From: Sphagnum compactum
Lineage: Eukaryota
Length of the DNA: 64,000 bases
Assembly: GCA_965153455.1 (NCBI GenBank)
Contig: OZ234493.1
Span: 1,860,001-1,924,000, forward strand
Direction: 5' to 3'
The translations under genes and the position numbers were made by a program. The first letter of the stretch is position 1; the number at the start of each line of letters is the position of its first letter. This document shows positions 28,080 through 40,700 of the stretch, one piece after another. The notes under the pieces were generated by a model. That model was not told where the DNA came from and did not search any database. It was given only the letters and a program-made list of their open reading frames with translations.

Positions 28080-30440
28080 TTCATGCTCCTTGAACACCTA
28101 TGCTTATGGTACAGAATGACTCTGAATTAACACTACAACAACCATGTTGAAGTATCACTTGTATTTCATATTTCCTTAGGACATCCATAGATTTATGATC
28201 GATTTGATTACAGAATAGAAATGGATACCTAATTGTTACATGTGCCAGTTTAATTAATTGAACTACTATTCTTACTACAAGAATTACAAAAAATTTAGGT
28301 ACTTCTTTCTTTTTTGCCAACAAGTTTTTATATTATAACCTCTCATATTACAATTGGTACAATATTGATTATTACCAGTATAATCTATGCTATTTGTTCA
28401 AGCTCCATTCTGATTTTGTGAAGTGGAAAAAAAAGAATTATAGCCTTCCAATTTGCTTTCCTCATGTAGATCACAATAGCTTTGTTATATTTGATTAAGG
28501 CCTCATGTTTCATTCCAACTGTTGAAAGTTGGATGTAAGGATGTAGACTTGTTTGGAAAACAATGGTCAAGTACATATATGTAACCTTAATATGTAAGCA
28601 ATTAACCAAGTTAAAGATTCGTTAATAATAAACTTTGACATTTTTTTAATTTTTGCTTGATACTATGTAGTTTCAAGTAGATTTGGTCATCATTTTTTTC
28701 TGTTCTATAATGTTTATAGAAAGCTTGCTCCAATTTTGCAAAAGTATAATTAAGATGATCTTGCAAAAAATATTTCCCCACTTAAATATATTATTTTGAA
28801 GAGTGAAGCCAAAAAAATTAATGATGTCTTCATTAACTATTTCTCCATTAGCCTTGATCAATTTCTTAAACACACAAATGTGAGCATCAAGATATGTATC
28901 TTTAACATATGTCAAATACAACAAATGTTTCCTTGTTGGGGGTGTTATTGGTGCAACGTATTGTGGATACCATGGTGGCACAAATGTACCCCATCCTGAA
29001 TTAGGTATAGACCAATCTCCATTAGGTTGTTTTTGTGGCACAACTCCACCTCCTAAATCTGCTGGTGGTGAACTTGGTATTTCCTCGACCAACTCCTCCA
29101 GTTGAAATTCTTGTTATTATTTGTTGTGTTACGATCAATGTTTGTGTGGCGACTAAAACAAAAATAGTCACATGTACTTGGGTGGTCTATGCCATCGATG
29201 GACATACACCTTCCAGCATACCAGGATACATTATTGGATTCCACATTAGCATTAATGAATTAAACATTGGATTTGTGCCCATTGGCATCATTGGTGTTCC
29301 CATCAGGAAACCAAAAGGTTTTGATCCATACCAATATGGAGGTATAATGATCAGAGTTTGTGGTTGTTTAAGCCCTTATGTTATCCTCAAGCGTTTCTAA
29401 GCTCTTGGATTAACAATCAATAAAACCATAGAGTTCATAATCATAGGTGTTTCAAATCTTTATATCTGTGGTTGAATTTGTGGGCTTTTTATTAAATAAT
29501 TCCTTTGGGTATTTTGAATAGAATTTCACTATTCATCGATCGTTTGTTGTCGAACCAAAAAATGAAACAAATGACAATTGCAAATAGTATGTGCATTTGT
29601 ATGACACAACTTATGGGCAAATCCATTTGTTTGCATTGGTACAACTTGTGGATTGTTCAAACATTTTCCTTGAAGTCCACACTGTGCATTTTGTACAACA
29701 TTCCCTTGTTGATCTTGGTTCATTTGTGCATTTTCCAGAACAATCGATCCATTAACATTATTTTGTTGTTTATTCATGGTTTGTACACTAATACTTTTAC
29801 CATAAGTTTCTAGTCCATGTTCATGAGAACCCATGGTTCCACCTGTATGAACTAGATTTTGTAAATGATTGATGGATTGCCGTAGTCCATCATTCACAAT
29901 TGGATTTTACAATTTGACCTTAATAACATCTTCTTTATTAAAAACATCTTTTGATGAATTCAACATATTTCAACACCTCCAAGTCTTCAATGTGGGTTTT
30001 GCATTTTTTCCTACGCTGCAATTTCATTCGAATTCATCCTTTATTTAGTATGAACTATGGTCACTTGTGAATTAAAGCTTGCTTTTCTGGTGATCCTATC
30101 AATAAGCACCGTTCATAATTATCAATATTGTTTCCATTTTTATTTTGATTACTTTGATCAATTTGTTTTTGTAAACTCCTTGTAACCACTATAAACATTT
30201 CTATTTCCTATTATACACTTGGTTTTTTAACACAAATTTGTAAAGATAATAGCCTTTCAAAAGTTAAATGATTATAGATTAATTATAGATTAAATGATTT
30301 TCTTCAAATTTTTCCTATTAAGATAAATTATCAAATCTATCACTTTCAAAATTTTTAAAAAATTGAACGACTAATTTTCAATTTTAAATTTGTCAAGAAT
30401 TCTTCTAAAATTTTTCCATGGAATGGTCACCAAAAATGGA
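28080..30440 (-). mobile_element. Degenerate Ty3/Gypsy gag region
   Basis: DAHICVFKKLIKANGEIVNEDIINFFGFTL...W (retrotransposon gag, 28673-29092); zinc-knuckle remnant FCNQIDHKSMD (~28200); possible decayed PBS tttttggtgacc at ~30425-30437. Confidence 0.65.
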
Positions 30441-31269
30441 AAAGGAAAATTTGACAATTACAATTCCTTTTAATGCTTCAATTAAAATCATTCTTCTACT
30501 ATTCTTTTTCTATGATCTATAGTATTTAATCACATATTATTTTAATCTATGTAAGCAAAAAACATATTTTATATCTCCAAATAATTTTTTTGGGAAAGAA
30601 CTCAAGAAAATACTTAAATACTCATTATAATTTACATGGTATTTTGTCCTTATATACAAGAAAAAAATTCAAAAGTTATGACCAGCTAAAGTAACCATTA
30701 AAATGTTACTAATAAAAATAACTGATAAAATGTAACTAGTAAAGTCATTCACAAATCAAACAACCATGTAACTATAGATCTAACAACTATATATAACTAC
30801 AAATTTACAAATCACCCATTAATAAAGGCTTTTAATTTGGCCATCTAAGATGAAGTAAATTAATTTAACCGAGTATAGCCAAAATAATTTAATTCAATAT
30901 TAAATGTCCCAAATAAACTTGGGCTTTACATTGTTTTACAATCCCAATGATGATCACCTTTCCCTCCTTTTCTTATGTTTTCATATGATTTCCAATAGTT
31001 CATCATTATTTGTGTCAATTTCAAAAAACAAACAAATGAATTTACATAAACATCATGAAAAAGGTACATGTTAATGTGTCTTTTCAACATGTATCCATGT
31101 TGGTGGTAAGGGGAAAAGAGTGAAGTAGGTATTAGTTTTGGTTATTAATGGTGGAAAAAGGGAAAGTTTTGGAAACATGGAATCAACATTTGAGTGATGA
31201 AACATTGAGGTCCTATTTATGTCCTATTTAAATTGATTTCAATTATAGTTATCACTTTAGAATAAAAAA

Positions 31270-33130
31270 GATGAATTTTAGGTTTTGCCTAGGCTATGCT
31301 TAACAATAGTGTAGGTTATGTTAAAATAACCATGAAAAAATATAAGTTTTGCTAATAAGTGGATGTTTAATTAGAAAAAATAGAGGTTTTGTTCATATAT
31401 ATAAATATATCGTTAAAAATGTAAAGGTTTTGTTAAGACATATGGTTTAGTTATGAAATATAAAGGTTTTGCTAAAAATAAAGGTTTATCCATGACATAA
31501 TAACAATTTGCAAAGAAGTAAAGATTAACATTAACAAAAGATCATAAAGGTTTAACCACTTGAAGATATAGAAGTTTTGTTGAAAGGTAGATGTTTAACC
31601 AATAAGAAATTAAGGTCTTGCCAAATGGTAGAAGTTTAGCCATGAAGTCACAATTGTCAAAACTGATGTGATGCACCAAAATTGTGTCTATTTATCTTTT
31701 TGCATCCAATTAGATGGACACATTTGGATGCCAACCATTTCTTTTGGTGATTGAAATTTCTTGGTCGTCCAATTTTCTTGTCCATACAATGGGTAATTAA
31801 AAAAACTTGGTCACCAACTTTCGATCGTTAAATCAAACGACTGAATTTTTTTAGGCCTACCCAAAAAAATTTGGGAGCTTTCAAAAAACTTTAGTTGTCT
31901 AATTGATAGTGACCATTGAATTGATGACCGAAAAAAAATTGTCACTGCCCAAAAAAATTCGGTCACTACCTAAAATTTTTGGGCAATGATCAAAGAATTT
32001 GGTTGCCAATTTTTGATTGCCTTTAGTCACCAAACCGGGTGACCAAAAACTTGGTGACCAAATTTTCTGAATAATGCCCAAAACCTACCAAAAATTTCTA
32101 GCCATTCGATGGACCGTGGTTTAATTTCCACCATTGATCTAGTAATTGAAAATTTTCAATTCTTGCCCAAAAAATTGTCATTGTTTGAAAAAAATTTCAC
32201 CACCCGAATTTGTTTAAATCACCATAAGGTTTAGGGTGATTGAATGATAGGATTTGCGATTGCCATTAATTGTATTTCGAGTAGCCTAACCTTGTTTTGA
32301 CCTAGGTTGACCTTAAGTTGACCTAAACTGACCCTATACTAACATGACGTAAGTTTACTTTTGCATCCAAATGCGTTTGTCATGTTGTGATGAACACACA
32401 AACACGGTGACAACCCTTCATGAAGTAAAGCAATTTTGTTAAAAGGAAGAGGTTTAGTCATGAAGTAGAAAGGTTTTGTCAAGAAGTTAAACTTTAGTAA
32501 TGAAGAAAAGAGGTTTTGTTAAAAGGTAGAATTCAAATAAAAAATATATAGGGTTGCCCAATAGGTAGAACTTTAGCAATGAAATAAAAATATATTGCCA
32601 AGAGATAAAGGTTTAACCATGAATTAAAGAGGTCTTGCCAAAAGGTAGAGCGTTAGTCGCACAAATAAAAAGTTTTTGTCAAAAGGTAAAAGTTTAACCA
32701 AGAAGTTGAAAGGTTTTTGAAAGAGGTGAGGATTAGCCAATAAGTAAAGAGGTTTTGCCAATGGGTAAAGGGTTAGGTTGTGCCAAGAGATAAAAGTTTA
32801 TCCATGGAGTAAAAATGTTTTGCCAAAAGGTAAAGGTTTAACCAATAAGTATACATGTTTTGATAGGAGGTAGAGGTTTATCCATGAAGGAAAGAGGTTT
32901 GCCAAGAGATAGAGGTTTAGTCAAAAAATAAAAAGGTTTTGCCAAAAGGTAGAGTTTTAACCATGAAATAAAAAGTTTTTCCAAAAGGTAAAGAGGTAGA
33001 AGTTTAGCCATGAAGTAGAAAGGTTTTGCCCAAAGGTAGAGGTTTAGCATGAAATAGAATGGTCTTGCCAAGAGATAAAGGTTAAACCATGAAGGAAACA
33101 AGTTTTGCCAATAGATAGAGGTTTTTTCAT
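31270..33130. repeat. Degenerate ~40-bp tandem arrays (aaaggttttgccaaaaggtagaggtttagccatgaa), interrupted at ~31650-32420
   Basis: Unit visible repeatedly at 31270-31650 and 32430-33125. Confidence 0.75.
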
Positions 33131-33139
33131 AAATTGTAT

Positions 33140-34490
33140 AGTTTCTTTGGTACATTGGTTGCCATGTTTTTTCATAGGCATTTTGGGGTTTTTTGAAGTT
33201 GCCCAAGCTTTTCCATAAGCATCATGGGGTTTTATTTAAGTCGCCCAAGCTTTTTGGTAAGCATCTTGGGTTTTCCTTAAGTTGCCTAAGCTTTTTCATA
33301 GGTATTTTGGGATTTCCTAGGTTGTTCAAGCTTTTTAACATGTTTGGGTTTTTTCTTAGCTACAGAGGCTTTTTCACAAGGTGTTTGGGCTTTTTTCTAA
33401 GGTGACTAGGCTTTTTCTTAGTTTTAAAAAGCTTTTTATAGGTTGCCTAGACATTTTCCCAAGTTATTTGGGCATTTTCCTAGGGTGCTTAAGCTTCTTC
33501 AAAGTTTATTTAACTTTTTTCATAGGTTGCCTAGGCTCTTTCCTAGGGTGCTTAGGCTTTTTTAACATGTTGCTTGAGTTTTTTCCTTGGGTACCTACCC
33601 AATATTAGAGTTCCCTAAACCTTTTTCATAGGATGCATGGGTTTTCTAATAGGTTGAGTAGGTTCACACTAATGTTCCTAAGGTTTTTTGTAAGCTTCAT
33701 GGGTATTTTCTTAGGCCTTTGTTTAGGCATTTCCATAGGTTGCTTGGTGAGTTCCTAGGCTACATTTTGCTATTGGGAGGCTAAGGCTCTTTCCCCCTAG
33801 GCTACATATAGGCTTCCCATTTAGCAAAGGCTTTTGAACATAGCATGACCCTTTTGCTTCTTGGGCCATTGGACTTTCTTAACATATGTAGGTGGTTTAA
33901 GCTTCTTGGGCATGGGCCTGGGTTTCTTGGACTAGGAATGGGCTTGTTTAGATTTTTATGGTGAGGCCTAGTCTCCTTGGACACAGGGTCAAGGTGATTC
34001 CTCCCTCCTTGGCATGGGCTTCTTGAACAAGAAATGGACTTGTTTAAGTCTTTTTGGTGCAGTCCCATGCTTTTTGAACATAGGGTCAAGGCAATTGAGG
34101 CTTCTTAAGTGTGGGCTTGGGCTTCTTTAATTGAAGAGGGGTTTGTTCAAGTCTTTTGGTGAGATCTCAAGCTTCTTGAACATGGGGTTGGGCTTTTTAA
34201 ACATAGGCCATTGTCCCCAAGCTCTTGGATAGGAGGATGAGTAACCAAGAATCTCTTTAACTCAAGAGGCTCATTGCTTCTTGATAAGAGGCTATGTCAA
34301 TTCTAGCACTCTACACTTGGGCTGGAACTTTTTAAACATTTGCGTCAAGGTGGCCCAAACCTCTTGGGTACGGGCTCACGCTTCTTGGACATTAACACGG
34401 GCTATTCCAGGTTCAATGAAAATCATAGCCTTATTCTAATCATAAGCATGGCCTTCTTGGATAGGGGCCTAAGCTCCTTGAACACATGCC
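33140..34490. repeat. Degenerate short-unit tandem arrays (ttttcataggttgcctaggc; gcttcttgggcatgggc)
   Basis: ~20-bp periodic motifs that generate spurious repetitive ORFs. Confidence 0.65.
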
Positions 34491-35368
34491 ATTTGCAACA
34501 CACTACCAAGTAAAAAACCCTTATGAAACAAGGAGCGTTTGAGATCACCTAGCATATTGTTATGTATGCTCCCAAGGATTTTGGGATTCCAAATACTTGA
34601 TGAGATATTCCACTCTTGGTTAACTAGTTAATTGTTGGTTTTTGATCTGGGTTATTAAGAACCAGATTGGAGTCAACGAGTCTGATTTTCAAAACCAAAA
34701 CCTGAATTTAAAATTTAAAAAAAAAAAAAAAAAAAGAACCCAGACCCAAAACTAGATTGTGGATTTCATTTACATGTGAGAACCAAAACTGAGATAGTTT
34801 TAATTCATTTTTTTGAACCAAAACCGGAGGTTCTTCATGAGGGTAAAGTAGCGACCAAACACTGGTTTTAACTAGTGTGATTGGGTAGTTATCAAAAACA
34901 GGAACAGAGACACCCTTACAATTATCAAGGTGATTGATTCTTAAGGTTCATAACTGCCGATTCTCAAAAATCAAAGAACTGAAATCCAGAAATGTTACCA
35001 CAATTTTCCAAAATGGGATTTTTTTTTTCCAAAAATCAGATAACCACTGGTTCTTTCCTGATCCTTTTGCATAAAAAATTGCCAATTCTTTGAGGTTTCT
35101 GAAGCAACCCAAACCTTCGGTTCTCTAATTCTGAAATATTGATTAAAGAAAACCAGAATCGACCATAATTCACAAAATCAAATACCCATCCACCACTACT
35201 GGTTTTAAGCTTTTAAACCAATTCACTTGGAACACAAACAGTCTGCCTAGCAAGCAGCACCACCTCAAGAGTGTCTCTCCCACAGTGCCCATCTCAGTGG
35301 AGCATGGCAATGATTCAATGTCATTGCTGAATTTGACAAAACAATCCCTCAGGCAACCTGCATATTTA

Positions 35369-35589
35369 AGGTCCATTCACACTTGGGTGTTAGGGACTCC
35401 AGTGTTGAGTCCCTTCTCACCATCCTAGTCATTTAAGACTTAACTGACTTATCATGAAGAAATTTTTTATGTTAAACTAACATTCACTTGACATTAAGCT
35501 ATCCCCCATTTAACATTGGGTTCCACCTAGGATGCCACCTAGATTTACATTTAACATTGATTTAACATCAAGTGTGAATGCACGCACCA
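35369..35589. mobile_element. PIF/Harbinger-type MITE, copy 2
   Basis: TIR cattcacacttg / caagtgtgaatg, TTA/TAA flanks; homologous to 12703-12909. Confidence 0.7.
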
Positions 35590-38500
35590 TAAGTTAGCCA
35601 GGAAAAAACAAAGGAAAAGAAGTTGGTGTAAATTCAGATTGGAAAACCACCCAATCATGCAGCCTGTAAGTTACAATGTAAGCTCTTTTGTCACAATGTG
35701 AGAAGTGATAACCCAAAGACTATGCAATATAATATCAGTTCTTCTCTCCTTGTACTTGAGCAGGAGAAGAGATCAATCAAGGATCTGAAGTAGGTCCTAC
35801 CTCTTCCAGGAACTGCCTAAGCCTGAATGGCACCTCAGTCAATAATGTTTTTAAAAAAATTCTGGCCAATTAGCTTTTCAAAGTAGTGAAAACACATGAG
35901 TGTCCTTCGGGTTTTCTAATAGCCAAAATTTCAAAATAAATAAATAAATAAATAAAATCCATATGAAGTTCCAGTAGGTAGCCAGAAATATAGAAAGATG
36001 ATTTAATTTTGAGCACTTTCATTTTTTTAAAAAAGCCAGATTTGGATAAATTAGCTTTTGGATGATGAGCACCACTTCAGTGACATCAAATAATTGGAAA
36101 AGGAAACACTGGGTTCCTGGAAGAAGTAGGGTCCTACCATGTACACCAGCAATTAATGATCTGGAAGCAAAAGAGAAGAGCTTTGATGCTACCCAGAACT
36201 GGCATGACTAGGCCAGGCCCGTGTACATGAGAGCAAACTTGCTTATAAGTACTTATAAAGGCCATCTACCAACTGGGTAGTCGCCCATCATTGGACTTGT
36301 ACTCAAGAGTCATGGACGACTAGTCCTTCATGGCCCCCACAAAACCCCAATTGCTTGATGAGACAAGAGACCACCAAATGGTCGATTGTGCTTCCAAATA
36401 CAGACAGATCCAGTTGTGAATCATACAAGGCCCTTTGGACTTGTCTAACCATAGCAATGTAAGGAGTGGTGGATCTGCTTGCTACCTGGACTGGACCCCA
36501 GCAACACCAGCAAATCGCGGCAGCAAAAAACTATGATGTCCATAAGCCTTCAACTTTAAACCTCAAACCCTAAAGCCGTAAACCCTAAAAGCCTGTCTGA
36601 AAGTGCAGGTTTTCTAGGATCTGCAATGATATTTTCAAGCACATCAATGAGGTTCAGACGTGAATTATGTTCAGCTCAAGAGCTCGAACTTTGTGAGATT
36701 TTGTCCATACTAGATTTTGAAGCTTAGTGTGAAGCTTTGTATGACATTACATTATTGTTGCTAAATTAATCTTTTTACCAAGTTATCATTTATAATTTGG
36801 ATGTATATCCATGACTTAATAAGTTGAGTACTTACCAAAGAAATAGTTGCCTACCAATTGTAACAATCAAAACAACCTAGTTATTTAATACTTGTGATGT
36901 TTAAACTAATCTTGTACCACTAGATTGTCTATTGATCTTTAACAAAATCAGTTGTCGTGTAGACCGACAATGATTTAAGTTGTGCAAGGGTGAAGTCTAT
37001 TTTTACATCCCCTCCCACATTTCACATCATTAAATATGAAACACCTTCCTACATCACTAAAAATGAAGTCACTTTGTATGTTAGACATATATGTGTCACG
37101 TTTAGCAATTTGGACATGATTGATTGTTGTTCCTACACAATTTTGACCATCTTCAATAACAATTGCATATTTTCAAATTTGGTGCTATTCATCTACTTGG
37201 TCAATATGTTTGCTTGTTGTTGGACGCAAGGAAGGTAGGAGAGTTAAATTGTCCCCTCCAAAACAAGATCTCTCACAAAGCTTGGATATGTTTTGTCTTG
37301 TTGTGGAACATAGGATTGTGTGCCATGTGTCAGAACATGAGTAGTAACACCCCTTTATGACTATTTAACACATCCAGTGCACATTGTTTAATTTCTCCCC
37401 CATCCCTACCCATTAATCTAAAAAGATTGATTCTGCAAAGTGAGAGATTGTTTAACTCTCAACACTTGGGCCAATCATTATAATTGGCCAATGAAAAAAA
37501 TCATTTATTGTTTAAAAATAATCATTTCCTACTGCATGTGTTATTTTAAGGCCATAAGAAAATGTGCATTTTTACCAACCCAAAGAAGATTAAGAATGTT
37601 TATATATAAATCTTCATCTCAAAAAATTGTAAAGGCCAATTTACTATTATTGTTGGGCATGTTCTAAGGCATTTTGCTTATCACAATGAATGGTAAGTTG
37701 TTTAGTTTTAGCAAGTCCCATTGTAGTTAATAGTCATTTGAATCCACTCTTTCCTTACACCATTTTGCAAGAACATAATATTTAAATTGCATTATAGATA
37801 GAGCAATGCAATCTTTTGCTTAACCATGACATGGGAGAACTTGTCAAAATGCGCCCTTCAGATATTTGGACATACATTGTGCAACAAGCAAGCGTGGGAC
37901 TTGGGGAACCTATATGAAGCAAGAAATGTAACAATTAACCAAGGTAATGCCAAGATAGGTTTGGGTTGCATCTAGAGAAATTTCCCAACTAAACTATGAT
38001 ATTATGGGATCTATAATTAGGGCATGCATATTAGCTAGAAGGGCAATGGTTTTTTCTATGGGTGTGGAAGCTATAGAACAATCTAACAATTTCCTATGTA
38101 AGATAAACATTTGAGAATATATTGACATGCTTAAATAACAATTTATATTCTCCAAGTGAAATGAATACTAAATTTCAAGATAATATGGCAAAAGCCCAAG
38201 AAGATACATATTGAACCAATGACAAAGTTTTTGTTAGATGACTTAGCCCTAGGTTTGTAAGATAATATCTCCCCTTCATTGTTGTTGTGAGTTGTTATTG
38301 CATCGGGTTGCAAACTATTGCTTGGTTGTGTACTCCCTCCTCCCCCCCCCCCCCCCCTCACCTTCCCTTTTGCATGTGCAAGTCTTGGAATTTAAAATGT
38401 TTGAAGTTGGATTTCAATGTTCAACTTAGAGCTTTTAGTCCCTTTTTAAGGTAAGATTTTAATCAAATCTTTTGGTTTGATTTTTTTTTTTTTAAATCAT

Positions 38501-39179
38501 TTATTTTTGTGTTGGGTGGTTGCTTGAGCTCTTTCTTTTCCTTCCTTTTTTTACATGTTTATTTATTTTTGTTGACTGCACCAAAACAAGATAAATAGAA
38601 TTAGAAAACGTAGTAGTATTATGATCTTAACCATCATATACGATTGGACATGATCACATGACTACATAGTCCAAACATCCACATCATATTTACCACAAGT
38701 CATATACGTGATTTAGTTGTAAATACTATTTGCAAATGTGTCCTTTATGATTATAGTTGTAATGGACATAGTCATGGAAACACACATTTAGCACCCACAA
38801 TGTGTCACATGGCACCAAAAAGGTTTTTTAAAATATATTTATTGGCCCAATAGTGTGGTGCCACATGGTAGTCAAAGGTGACTCAAATAAGGATAGACAA
38901 ACAAGACACCTAGGTTGTATTTAGGTTGCAAATGAAAGGACTTAAACCCTTCACCTCCACTTTGGGGGTTCGAAGTCCTTAACCATTGAACCACAATTTT
39001 TTTTGGTAACAAATCTAATTACCACCAAACTTTAAACAGTAAATGTTTTAGCCTAAATTAACCTAGGTTTGGCCTAAGTTGGCCTAAGTTGACCTAGTCT
39101 ATCCTAGGCCTTTTTAAGCTAAACTTGGTTAAACTTCGATAATGAAATGTGAATCTTTGTAAGAGATGTTTGAAAGAAA

Positions 39180-40700
39180 TCCAAACCTTCACATAAAATT
39201 AAATAGAAATCTAGATGTTATTGAACAAAATTTGGCCAAAAATTTGACTTAGCTATTAGACAAATATGAGTTGAGGAAGAAGATTGTTCCCTATGTGAAT
39301 GATGAAGGGTCTAACCTAAATATTATGACCACGTCCTTGAAATCAATTATAAGTTGTAAAATATTAGGTTTGGAAGAAAGTTTTCAAAGAATTTTTTTTG
39401 GTCATGTGCATTCTTTAAATCATGTCAATATGTTATAATGTATGATTTTTTTTGCAAAGGCTTGAAATATTGTTTATCAAGGCTACATAAAGGCAAAAAT
39501 GTATCATTTGGCCCAAGAAATTAGAGAAAGATAAACAAAAGTTGAAAAGGGTGAATTTTGGTATTCTCTGAAAGAAATTAAATACCCTAATGAAGACAAT
39601 GCATTTTTTTATTTGCCAAATTCTTGCACAAAATGTAATCTAACATAATTTTTTACCTTCACAAATTTGTTAGTTATAATGCTTTTAGAGAAAGCTTTAT
39701 AGTTCACGAAAGATATTATATTTTGTTTTAGTTATGAAAATGATTGTAAAGGTGACACTTCTTTTGACATGGCACATTTTCCAAATTATTGTTGATTGCC
39801 TTGACTCCATAATATCTATTTGTGTTTTGAACTAGTCCATAGGTCATTGGTTGTCAAATGATGAATAAAATTTTTCCATACATGAATTTGAAATGCAAGG
39901 ATGAAATTGAAACTTCAATTGCTTTTGATAACCTAATGGAAGAAGATGCAAATGTTGCTATTGATATATCATGTTTAGTTTTCCGCATCAAAAAGGAAGT
40001 TGTTGGGGTTTTGGATTATTTTCTTTCTTTTTAAAGGAGGTATGAAAAAAAAACCCATAATTTGTTTTTTTTGGTGTTGGACCTTAAGTTTAAATTTTTT
40101 TGTTTAATATCATCATTATTGGTTGTGAGTAGAATAAGGCCATTGTTGAGGAATATGATAAAAATATCCTTATGTCCCATGCTTTTAAAATGCTATCATC
40201 ATTTGCACCCCTTGGCCAAATTTGAATGTGACGTTCCTAACCAATTCAAGGAATTGATGAAGAATATAACTTATATATCTTTGAAATGATAACTAATGAA
40301 AGGTTTACCAATAGAGAAGTTTTTATGATCATGAAATGTTAATTAGATGCCAAATGCATTAAGTGTCATTTTCAATGGTGGGAAAACCATGAGACTATGT
40401 TTCATACTATTGGATTCCTTGCTTAACATTGAAGATTGTTGAATCACAAATTGAAACAAAAAGGATTTTTTCGCTAGTTGGAATGTGTATCAATTTAAGA
40501 AAATGTTGATTACAGTTAGACAACTTAAATACAAATTTAATTTTGTAAGGAAAAATTAGCCAAATGACCCTAGGGTTGGTTGCAAGTCCATTTTTAGCTT
40601 AATAGAGTTAATTGATATTTCAATACAGTTTTCGAAGAGGAATCAACAGATTTTGAAGGAGTTTTTGAAAGGCATGGACTTGTGGAGATATGAATTTTAA
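39180..40700 (+). mobile_element. Degenerate hAT transposase remnant
   Basis: LLDKYELRKKIVPYVNDEGSNL (catalytic D region) and the C-terminal dimerisation domain QWWENHETMF ... SQIETKRIFSLVG; many stops. Confidence 0.75.

Noticed and set aside
32838-33608. Repetitive ORFs (KPFYF / LGFF repeats) as repeat proteins
   Set aside because: They are translations of degenerate tandem DNA.
36550-36592. Interstitial telomeric repeat (aaaccct)
   Set aside because: Only two separated exact units; too short to call.
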